A DNA stretch of 64,000 bases from positions 132,401,538-132,465,537 of the forward strand of contig NC_068983.1 of assembly GCF_001194135.2 (NCBI RefSeq). Reading direction: 5' to 3'. Positions within the stretch are counted from its first letter, which is position 1. Each line of letters starts with the position of its first letter. The notes beneath the pieces are model-generated. The model saw only the letters and a program-made list of their open reading frames with translations, made no database searches and had not been told where the DNA came from. This stretch comes from Octopus bimaculoides. Lineage: Eukaryota. Below are positions 1 to 10,558 of this stretch, in pieces. Both the position numbers and the translations under genes were made by a program.

Positions 1-430
1 CAAGATGCGGGGGAGACAGGGAAACCGTCCCTCATGCTATTGTTCAGTGTCCGGAGATATCTGAAATGTGGGCTTATGCTGAACACCTGTTGTCCGGCGA
101 AGGAAGAGTACATCTGTCGACTGAGTCAATTATAAAAATTGACCCACCGGGAGTTTTAAGAAACGAAGGTAAGAATTGTTTTCTCACGGTTGTAGCAATA
201 GCGAAAGAGATAGTATGGAAGACGAGGATAAAAGGAATTAAGACAGGCAACTTTATCTCTGGTCACAATTTACGTTCATTTTTTACTTTTCATTTGAAAA
301 GGAAAGTGTGGCTGGAGAGGAGATGTTTGTCGGAGTATACGTTCCAAAAGAGATGGAAGCATGTTGCACGAGTGTTGTGCGTGCAAGAAACCGTGTAAAT
401 AGTCAGAAAAAAAAAGAAAGAAAAAAAAGG
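1..430 (+). mobile_element. 3' end of an L1/Tx1-like non-LTR retrotransposon (ORF2 C-terminal CCHC/zf-RVT region plus A-rich tail)
   Basis: The frame from base 3 reads RCGGDRETVPHAIVQCPEISEMWAYAEHLL...KRKVWLERRCLSEYTFQKRWKHV to the stop at 398. This fits the CxxC..ET..H....C...W zinc-knuckle typical of L1/Tx1 ORF2 ends. An A-rich run follows at about 407-428. Confidence 0.7.
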
Positions 431-603
431 TGCCAGCGATAGATAGGGGCTTGTGGGGTTGGAGCGTGGCCTGATCATCGCTTCATTTGTGTTGTCTAAC
501 GTACCGTTAATATCATTCGATTTTTTATATTTTATAAAATTTTTAAAGTCATATTTATGTAAACCATTCGCATTACTGATCCCAATTAGTTGTTTTGTAC
601 CAT

Positions 604-803
604 TCTATGTTTGGCCCCCTGTGGGCAATAAAGAAATTGGTATTTCGTCTGCCTTTACGTTCTGAGTTCAAATTCCGCCGTGATTGACTTTGCCTTTCAA
701 CCTTTCTGGGTCGATAAATTAAGTACCAGTTGCGTACTGGGCTCGATCAAATCGACTGGCCGCATCCCGCCAAAGTTCGAGCCTTGTGCCTAGATTAGAA
801 AAA
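604..803 (+). mobile_element. Composite tRNA-derived SINE fragment (3' end of one copy fused to a 5'-truncated second copy)
   Basis: 604-637 matches the 3' end of the SINE at 1191-1420 (tatgtttxgcccc..tgtgggcaataaagaa). 638-803 matches its body (gttctgagttcaaattccgccg..ttgactttgcctttca..gggtcgataaa..agtaccagttgcg.actgg), including the B-box GTTCAAATTCC, but ends in a different tail. Confidence 0.8.
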
Positions 804-1190
804 TATATATATTTATGTTTATTGCAATGTACATATGCGCAAACAAAAATACTATTTAATCAATGATGAAACACGAAGGTGGCAAACTACGCTCTCCACC
901 CGCATATTGTATTAGACTAATTTACGCCCACTTTACCTAGCTAATCACATTTATGTCAAGATACTTCACTCCTCTTTAAACACGTTAGGAGCACAGCTAA
1001 AAATCATTTCACATTTTTATTTGATCCACAGGTGAAATTTCGTTTGTGTGTGTGTGTGTGTGTATGTGTACGTAAGTAAGGTAGTTAGATATGAATATGT
1101 ATGTAAGTATGTGAAAGAGAGCGAGAGAGAGAAAGTCTGTGTGAGAGAGAGAGAGAGAGAAATATTGAACGTATAATGCAATTATACATA

Positions 1191-1420
1191 AGGCGGCGAG
1201 CTGGCAGAAACGTTAGCACGCTGGGCGAAATGCTTAGCGGTATTTTGTCTGCTGCTAAGTTCTGAGTTCAAATTCCGCCGAGGTCGACTTAGCCTTTCAT
1301 CCTTTCGGGGTCGATAAATAAAGCACCAGTTACGCACTGGGGTCGATGTAATCGACTTAATCCGTTTGTCTGTTCTTGTTTGTCCCCTCTATGTTTAGCC
1401 CCTTGTGGGCAATAAAGAAT
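1191..1420 (+). mobile_element. Full-length tRNA-derived SINE
   Basis: The head aggcggcgagctggcagaaacgttagcacg carries an A-box-like sequence, and the B-box is GAGTTCAAATTCC. Related copies lie at 638-803, 40165-40348 and 55215-55340. An 18-bp direct repeat with 1 mismatch flanks it (1166-1183 and 1422-1439), a probable TSD. Confidence 0.85.
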
Positions 1421-1732
1421 ATGAATGTATAATGCAATTTGCAACACTATTGAGAACGGTTATATACAGAAATTGCATGGCAGGTTTAACTGGCAAAAAA
1501 AAAATATCAATAAGTTTTATTTACATTCTCGATAGAAATGCGCCGATCCAAAGAAAGAGAGAGAGTTTAGCTTATATAGTTCTTAAGATATCGGACAGCT
1601 AAACTGATATTTATTATTTGTATAAAAGCGCATCTAAAGATACTCAGATAAGCCACAATATCACTGAAAATTCAAAAAGCTGACAAAATTGGGGAGCGAG
1701 TAAAAAGCCAACCTATAATAATAATAATAAGA

Positions 1733-1873
1733 GACTACACTGGGGAAGTTTAACAGGACTACACCGGGGAGGTTTAACAGGACTACACCGGGGAAGTTTA
1801 ACAGACTACACCGGGGAAGTTTAACAGACTACACCGGGGAGGTTTAACAGGACTACACCGGGGAAGTTTAACA
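1733..1873. repeat. Minisatellite, 6 x 23-24 bp (GACTACACCGGGGARGTTTAACA[G])
   Basis: Six head-to-tail units start at 1733, 1757, 1781, 1804, 1827 and 1851, with no spacers. Confidence 0.95.
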
Positions 1874-2091
1874 TGTGAGAACGATAAATCACTGCTCCGA
1901 AACTTATCCAAAAACATCGAAAATAAAGACATCGCGTGGAGCAAAAAAATAGCTGATAAAGGGTTGGACTATATCCGAGTAAGTAATACTCNNNNNNNNN
2001 NNNNNNNNNNNNNNNNNNNNNNNNNNNNNNNNNNNNNNNNNNNNNNNNNNNNNNNNNNNNNNNNNNNNNNNNNNNNNNNNNNNNNNNNNNN

Positions 2092-2129
<38 letters not shown>

Positions 2130-2174
2130 TAATAAGTGGCTAGCAAGCATAAAAAAGGTAAATGTATATGAAAC

Positions 2175-2645
2175 TATAATTATAAATATAATTATAATTA
2201 ATGGTACCAGTTAGTACCAGCGTTGTGGGAAATGAGAAACGAAAAGTACTCAAGCCATAATATCTCTGAAAATTCAACTAGCTGACTTACTCGAGGGCCA
2301 ACCTCTATGGGTATATTTGCAAATGAATTTGCAAATATACTCATAGAACTAAATGATAGAGGTTTTAACAAGCATGACGAAGCGGGCATTAGTTTAACCC
2401 CAGGGAACGACACCCACTGATGAGGACTAAGATTATTATCTCAGTGTTCGAACGCGCTTGATATGGGTATAGCTGAAAGTTCATTTGCGTCTTACAACGC
2501 AATGTTAGGTTGAATTTTTACACGCTCCTCTATTTCGTCAGCTTGTTGAATTTTCAGTGATTTTGTGTCTTATTTGAGTATTTTTCGACTCTTATTTCTA
2601 GCTGGGACTATCTGGTACCCTTAATCATAATTATAATTATAAATT
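2175..2645. mobile_element. Fold-back element with ~110 bp imperfect inverted arms (possible Penelope-related remnant)
   Basis: 2175-2286 is the imperfect reverse complement of 2537-2645 (both contain tataattataa..ggtaccag and ..ctgaaaattcaacNagctgac). A partial third copy lies at 1641-1684, and a similar terminus at about 4727-4760. Confidence 0.65.
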
Positions 2646-3730
2646 TACACACACACACACACTCACACATATATCCCCGTTCAAATGGATGTACCTCCTC
2701 AATACTATTCTGATTTTCTCTCCATCATTCTGTCAGGCCATACACACATTTCATCTGATCCAGCATTTACTGTGAAACACATTAACCATTGATGGCATGA
2801 GTCGTCATCGACGAACTCATGAATTTTTTCTACTGCTTATACTGATCACTTCTACATTTGTCTGTACATCCAAATGATAAGAATATCAATAACTCATATT
2901 TTTCATAGCCAGTTGCAAGTTGATACATTAACCAACTTCGTACATTTTTCTCTGGTAACATTTGTTCATAGCAATTAAATATATGTATGGTATTTTATGA
3001 GGCTTTTATAAGTGACTAACTTCAGTATGTATTCCACAGCGGACAACACACTACCTAATCGGAGCAAAGGAGTAATATCTGAGAATTGACGTTCCATTAT
3101 TATATTAAATATTTTCTCAGTTCAAAAGTGAAAATGCTTCGTTCCGATTAGGTATAATTTTTTGGTAGTCAAATATTAAACATTTGGTACCTAATTCATG
3201 TGCACATTGCGCTAAACGTCTGATACATACTTTTAATTCTTATTAAGAAATGTTACAACAGGAATAATTGTGTCTTCCTGTAGGACTTTCGGAAGAAGTA
3301 CATGTATATATATATGAATATATATAATTTTAGAAAACAAACAAATTTGCAAATCAATCAGGTGTACAGCGTTATATGCATCTACATATACTTTGGGGTC
3401 TTATTTATCGTATATTTATATATCTAACTATAAATATACAAAGGATTTTATAAAGGTCAATATTCAATTTTGGTGGATTAATCGATATGCCGGTATTCTA
3501 TTTTAGATAATACAAAAATAACCTAGTGAGTACATCTGACAGTAAACTCATGGTATCAGCTTGCATATCACGGAATAACACTTAAAGAAGGATATAACCA
3601 AAATTACCAGGTGGGTATATAATGTACTTCGTTAATTAAATCATACTTTAGTTAATACTTATATTTATTAAATTAAATGAACGAACTACACGTTTTTCAG
3701 TATTGGAATATTACACTATACAGCTGTATA

Positions 3731-3770
<40 letters not shown>

Positions 3771-4929
3771 CATACATACATAAATACATATATGCAATCA
3801 ATCATCAGATTTACAGTTATTCCAACATCTCTTCAGATTCTATTTGAAAATATCATATATCTAATTTTACATCCATTTAAGATAAGCAATACAATTAAGC
3901 ATTAAAGATTAAAAATTACGAATTAGAAATTAAGAATTAAAAATTAAGAATAAAAAGAGAGAATAATAATAAAAATTAAGAATAAACATTATACACGGAA
4001 GCTTGGTTAATAACATACATGTTAAGACATCATCAACACATAGAAAAGACACGATACTTACGATGTCAACACACATAGTACTAAACCGTGCCTCAACAGA
4101 AAACAGGAATGGAATAATAACATCCCTCTAATCTCCATAGAACGCAAGCTGACGACTAGTGACAGAATGAGAGAATAACATAGACACAGATAAAAAATCA
4201 GTAATAAATAAATCACATGTACGCACAAACTAGACACACATGCACATACTAAAGTCAGAATAAGTAATTCAAGACAAATAAATAAGTAAATAAACGATAT
4301 AAATAACAAAATAAAGATATGGGTACAGTGTGCAAAAAAAAGAACTCATAAAAGCGGATACACAACTCACATACTACGAACATGGACATGCGCACGCATG
4401 CAAAACCTCACACGCTTCAAACGCAAAAGCATGCGGAAGTAAGGATAAATACCACAGAAAGAGAAAATGGGCTAAGCAGAACAAGAGGAGACATTCGGGA
4501 TAGAGTCGTTGAGGTGTTAACTTTGGTATCTTTGACAAAGAAACAACAATAGCAGCAACAGCAACAACAACAATAATAATATTGATTATAATAATAATAA
4601 TAACAATAATAATAATTGTAAGCTGAAGTAAAAGCCAAAGAAATATTGCGTCTGTTTAATTGGCAAAATATGACCATCCCCAAATAAAACAATACATCCA
4701 TAAATACATACATATATATAAATTCTATAATTATAAACATAATTATAATTAGGGGTCAGCTAATTGTTTCACCACATACCGAACTTAGAAATAGGAGTTA
4801 AAAATTCCTTCTCTACTGTATATANNNNNNNNNNNNNNNNNNNNNNNNNNNNNNNNNNNNNNNNNNNNNNNNNNNNNNNNNNNNNNNNNNNNNNNNNNNN
4901 NNNNNNNNNNNNNNNNNNNNNNNNNNNNN

Positions 4930-6186
4930 CAGGGGATGGACAAAATAATGGAAACACCTAGCATCATAGCATCATAATTTTGAAATATCCTTAAAACGTC
5001 AAATGTTGTTTATTTTTATGTTTTTTTTAATTTATTGTAAGTGTTGCTTAATATGTTTTGCTAAAATTGCTATTTCTTTTTCAGATATCATCAGAAAAAA
5101 GGTAATTCATTAAAATGAGAGATCTATCGGACTTTCAAAGTGGTCAAATTGTTGGTGCTTATATGCTAGGCGCAAGAGTAACGAAAACAGCAGAAATTTT
5201 TGGTGTATCAAGTACTGTCTCGAAAGTAATGACAGCCTTTGAGAAAGAGGGAAAAACCTCCTCGTCGAAATAAAACTCCGGAAGAAAACCAAAACTTTCA
5301 GATAGGGACCGTCGGACTCTTACAGGAATTGTTAGAAAGAATCACAAAAAGTACAGCTCCCAAAGTTACTGCAGATCTTAATGACCACCTCGCGAACACA
5401 GCTTCCACAAAGACTGTTCGCCGGGAGCTGCACAAAGCCGTATATCACGTGAGGGCTGCAATCAGAAAATCACTACTTTCAAAAACAAACGTTGAAAAGC
5501 GTTCAGAGTGGAGGAAAACCTACAGAATTGGTCCCTTGAGCAGTGGAAGCATGTTAATTTATCTTCCTTTACCCTATTTCCAACCACCGGCCGAGTATAC
5601 GTGTTGAGACAGCCAAAAGAGGCATTTGACCCAGACTGCCTTCTTCCAGCTGTTAAACATGGAGGAAAATCAGTAATAATCTGTGGTGCTATATCTTGGA
5701 AATCTACCGGCGCAAAGGTTTCCCTTCATGGCAGAATTACTAGTCAACACTATTTAAGCATTTTATCTGATCGAATTCATCCTATGGTTGCGGAACTGTT
5801 TCGGTGTGAAACACAATTTTTTAGGATGATAATGCACCAATTCACGATGCTAAAATTGTTACTGAATGGCACGAGAAACATTCTAGTGGGGTTGAACATC
5901 TTACCTGGCCACCACAGACCCCAGATCTCAATATTATTGATCATTTATGGTGCATTTTAGAAAAAACAAGTAAGGAGTCGATATCCTCCACCATCATCAC
6001 TACAAGAACTGGAGACTGTTTTAGCTGAAGATTGGACAAAAATTCCTTTGGAAACAATTCAAACTTTGTACGAGCCCATACCTCGTAGACTTTAAGTTGT
6101 AATTACTGCCAAAGGTGGTCATACCCCATATTAAAATAAATTTGTTTTAAATTTTAAGGTGTTTCCTTTATTTTGTCCAACCCCTG
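4930..6186 (+). mobile_element. Tc1-family (DD34E-type) DNA transposon, defective
   Basis: The 30-bp TIRs are CAGGGGATGGACAAAATAATGGAAACACCT (4930-4959) and AGGTGTTTCCTTTATTTTGTCCAACCCCTG (6157-6186), the latter followed by TA. The left TA is hidden in the N gap. Confidence 0.92.
5115..6134 (+). pseudogene. Tc1 transposase pseudogene
   Basis: It begins MRDLSDFQSGQIVGAY..TKTAEIFGVS (paired-like HTH) and continues with VKHGGKSVIICGAISW, DDNAPIH, PDLNIIDHLW and KGGHTPY*. It has frameshifts and stops. The first catalytic D (xSDE) is deleted and the final E reads as D. Confidence 0.9.
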
Positions 6187-6599
6187 TATTTAAGCATGAA
6201 TGCTTTTATTCTAAACAATATATACATACTTACATACATGTATATATATATATATGTGGGTGCGTTTTTGTGTGTGTATTTCTGTATATNNNNNNNNNNN
6301 NNNNNNNNNNNNNNNNNNNNNNNNNNNNNNNNNNNNNNNNNNNNNNNNNTATATATATATATATATATGCATACACGCTTGTATGTCTGTATGCCATTGT
6401 TCAGTTTATTTCAAGATTTCTTGCTAATAGAGAAAGAACTAGTTTTTAACCTAGACCATAGACTCCTTCATCGGAATTTCAACATCAACAACAGGCTATT
6501 TTTGTCTGTATGTATTTTCCGATTTGTATGTTTTATTTATGCATTCTCATGCATATAGTTTTATATCTAGACTTGCTCATATATATTTAAATGTTAAAC

Positions 6600-7420
6600 T
6601 TCTGGTATATTTTACAGATTTTTACAGTTCCATTGATGGATTGAATCTGTTGTCTTTGAATTAGCTTTCTCCTTTCTGGTTTTGAGAAGCCTAATTTCTC
6701 AAGCTTGGTATTTAGGTAGTGTGTTCGGATCCCAGGGCTCCAATAATTACAGGTATAAACCTGAACTTGTAATCTGGATGTGCAGATTTCTCAATAAATT
6801 AGTATAGGTGTTCTCTTTTTCACTGATCTTTAGCTTTATGTTAACATCCGCTGGGTAGCTAATTTCCATGACTGTGCAGTTTCTCTTCTCTACCCCATAT
6901 TATTATATCAGGTCTGTTAAGCCAATTTTTTTTTTTGAGGTTTTCACTGGTACATTCCACCAATATTCCTCTTTATTAAGAGCGGCTATAGCTTCTACCA
7001 TATTGTGGGTTCTTACCTCTTTGTCCTCGGGATTATCCTTCCGACGTATTTCATTATAGTGTGTCCCAATTACAGCGTAATGTCTCATCGGTAGATAACA
7101 CATTGATGACATTTTCGGGCAACTGCATATGATGTGGGTAAAATCTTCAGTGCGAACTCCACAAAGTCTGCATCGGTTGTCACACTTTACGGCTTTACCT
7201 GCATCTCTGTCACTTTTGTGCATCAGGTACTTGGTTGATATTTCCTGTTCCTGGATTGCAAACGCATACCCTTCAAAGTGGAAGGTAGCAATCCGGTTAT
7301 TGGTCCATGATTATCTGCTTTGATGATCGATGTTGTTGTCATCCTGAAGCTTTCTAGTAACAGATCCATGCATAGTCTTCTGCACATACAGGCTCACCTT
7401 TCATCTAATGATACTTTGCG
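6600..7420 (-). mobile_element. R4/Dong-like non-LTR retrotransposon fragment (CCHC finger plus restriction-like endonuclease)
   Basis: The minus strand reads EGYAFAIQEQEISTKYL, CRLCGVRTEDFTHIICSCPKM, RH..V, EYWWNVPVKT, a PD-type segment, MEISYPADVNIKLKISEKENTY and IIGALG, broken by stops and frameshifts. Confidence 0.8.
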
Positions 7421-8939
7421 GTAGTGTCGTGTGACTTCTTTGGGCATGTATTCTAGGTTATCAGACAAAGAGTGTTGCTCAATGAGCTGCCTTCCAAGTC
7501 CTATAATGTTATCAGCTTCATGTATGCAAACTTGGGCAAGGGATGCACTTCGACACTTGGTGGTTAAAAGATGTATATGTGTGTATGTACGTGCGTATGT
7601 ATGTATATATGTATCAATGCATGTTCAAACACATAAGCATATTCAGAGACAAATGCACTCACATGCACGCGATATGCACAAAAATGTTTGTTTATGATAT
7701 TCCTGCTAATATACTCATTTGAACTTAAGCATATATATTATACATTGTAAGTGGCCGGTATTCTTCTTGATGAGTCAGTGAGATATATGTGGCAAAAAAC
7801 GTCTTTAAAATCAAAGCTGGTCGTGATCCCTTAAAGCTTTGGAAGAATTAGAACACCTTTCATCAGTAATGAATAACTTCATATCACCAAAGTCATATCG
7901 CTTCACAGCCGTGGAGTTATATTTTCAGATTTGGAGTTACTTGATGATAATAAGACATGTTAGATTAAGAGAAATAAACACTTATCTTTAAGTAATGAAT
8001 GAACAAGTTGGTAGTGCATGCAAAAATATATTGGTTGCTACTACTAGATTCAAGTTCCGATATTTAAGCAACCACCTTCAGAACCATCAGACACTTCGTT
8101 GCACGATCTGGTTCTCAATGGTCTAATTTTATGTTGTTGACTTGGAGGTAATTAGTTTTCTGCTTTGGACACACAATTTACTATTACCTGAGGATAAATG
8201 AAATTAGACTAGTTGTTCATAACATTCATTGAGAAAACTATTGGAAATTAATATATAGAATGTTCGTTAGTAATGGCAACTAAATATCAAATCAGCAACT
8301 TGTTTGAATTTGAAATGGCTGTACTTGTGTTGCAAAAGTACATGTCATTACATAAATCCAGCTGATCAGTTGGAAGACTGTGATTGCTTTCTGTTGTAGG
8401 AGTAGCAATCAAATCTCCCTCACACTATGCTTTATATAATGGATGGACACGGTAGATAAGGTTGTCCCATTTAATACCAAACAGACTGGATTGTCATGAA
8501 AAGAATGATTATGATTGAAAGGCAGTACATTAAAAGCTAATGTGGAACTAAAGGACACGAAGAATGATAACATCTACGGCTATAACAATTAAAGTTATAT
8601 TTGAGTTCCTGAAGTCATATGCAATAAGCACGTGACTTCGTCAAAATCTGTTCATTAATCCGTTAATAACATGATATAGTCCGTTAATACATTCAAATTG
8701 AAAGTAGGCAGGAGCAAGCTGTGTATGTATTTATTTGTGAAGGCGTGTGTATTCGCGCGTACGTGTGGGTGTGTGTGCCTGCGTGCCTGTGTGTATGTGT
8801 ACAGTTTCGCACTTACGAACACACTGGCGTTTGGATGGTTTGCCTTGGAATGTATTGTGATTAACCCATAGTAACAGAATAGTCAGCTTAGGACTTTGAA
8901 TAAAACATGCATGGTTTTATACGTGTTTATCTGAGATAG

Positions 8940-10558
8940 GTTAGAACTGGTACTGTTGTGTGACTTCTCTTAATACAGAAGTATCATATTATTTCAAAGA
9001 GTTACCAAGAAAGTGTTAAATACTAGAAGTAGTCCATCCTGTTAAGTTTAGGCTATAATAGCAGACGTTTACAAAGTGTATGAACTTGGCTGTTTTTAGA
9101 AATGTTTGCAGCTACTGAATAATGCTTTCTGTATGATATCCAGTAAATGGCATTATCGTTGAATATTTTGTGTTATCCATCATCTATTGAGCGTAATTTT
9201 AAACAGACTGTTAAGTAGTTTTACATTTAGTGTATGCACATCATTTAAACTGTTATGGATTTATTTTGATTTACGAATTTTCGGAAGTCCATTAAATTGT
9301 CTTGTTTTCACCTTGGAAGTTTTGATGTAATTCAAGACTTTCTTCAGTAAGATACTTTTGAATTTGCCTCTGAATTTATTAATTTTGTTAATCTATACAT
9401 ATAAATTTGACAAGGGCGATTCTTTCTTGTCTTGGGATCCACGGTCAAACGGTTGGATGGAATTGTGCAAAAAATTACACTAATATTTAGAATGATCCAG
9501 TGGTGTTGCTGGGCCTTGTATTTTTTCATAATTCCCATGGTTACTATAATAATACTCTCTTGTATTTTGAATTTTGAATGCAGGTTTCCTAGCTTTTGGT
9601 ATATCTTGTACTAATGTTATACTGTTTCCATTGGTATTTTGTTTTATTGGGAGGCGGGTATTTTTAATTTTAGGCGATTTGTACACTGTTAATTGGTTTA
9701 TTTTGGTATTCTCCTATAATGATTGGTTAATGATCCTTTACTTTTAGCCGAGGGTTGTTGGTTTGCTTTATTGAATTTCTGGTCATTTCTTATGATGTTT
9801 TCATTTGCGGGATTATTGGTTGTTGTCATTTTATTAAATAATAATCTCATTGGTGAATTATTATGGAAAGTGATATGGTCCCTTCACGTGCTGTTTCTTT
9901 TTCAGAAAAGAAAGTTTTATCTCGAAGGACATAAAACATTATTTAACATGTAAATATTGGGTTCAAAAGACGCCTTTGGATAGAAAAAGTTGAAGGTTTC
10001 CATGGGACAAGAAACAAAAATGATTTTAGACACAATACTTACATACTATTACTTGTAACCTTATGTTCATTGAGATATAATGTTCCAAAATTATTTATTT
10101 CATGTTTCCTCAAAAGCTTATACATTCTTACGATATCAAGACTGTGTATTTTATTTCATTTCCATTACATTTTTAGTACTTTATTCTTTAACCTAATTTT
10201 TGAATCCAGTATATTTGAGTTTTCTTCTATTTCCTTATCCTATAATTTCTATTTTTCTTTTCAGTCGTTCTGTCCGTGTCGAATTGTTTGTATTAGATTT
10301 TCAATTTAGGTACTCAAAGTTGCTGTAGTGTTATTTTCGCCCCTAGTTTTGGAGAAGAGAGATTCATTTAGAGATGAGAAATACGTTTTTTTTTTCTATA
10401 TTCTCCACACAGAATTCCCGTAGAAAATGTTTGCTCTCTCGCCTTCAAAACTGTTCCTGTATATCTGCTTGACAATCCTACTTAGTGCTTTTGAAATACT
10501 TCCTTTCTTTGATCTAAGAATATTTTTCTCATCTTCATATGCTTCCCGTTTCTACAAA
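8940..10558 (-). mobile_element. Heavily decayed Penelope-like element (N-terminal region and start of RT)
   Basis: The minus strand near 9270-9300 reads FNGLPKIRKS, resembling the PLE motif FYGLPKIHK. REYY..NYEKI lies upstream and LDIIQKAL downstream. There are many stops, and the boundaries are approximate. Confidence 0.5.

Noticed and set aside
1733-1873. CRISPR-like array
   Set aside because: The units are directly adjacent with no unique spacers, there are no cas genes, and the context is eukaryotic.
6430-6485. Hammerhead-like relic on the minus strand (CCGATGAAGG..AAAAC)
   Set aside because: Both core segments deviate and stem II is not supportable from this single copy.
7745-8600. 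Possible decayed coding sequence or processed pseudogene on the minus strand
   Set aside because: There are only short 30-50 codon open segments with no recognisable motif.
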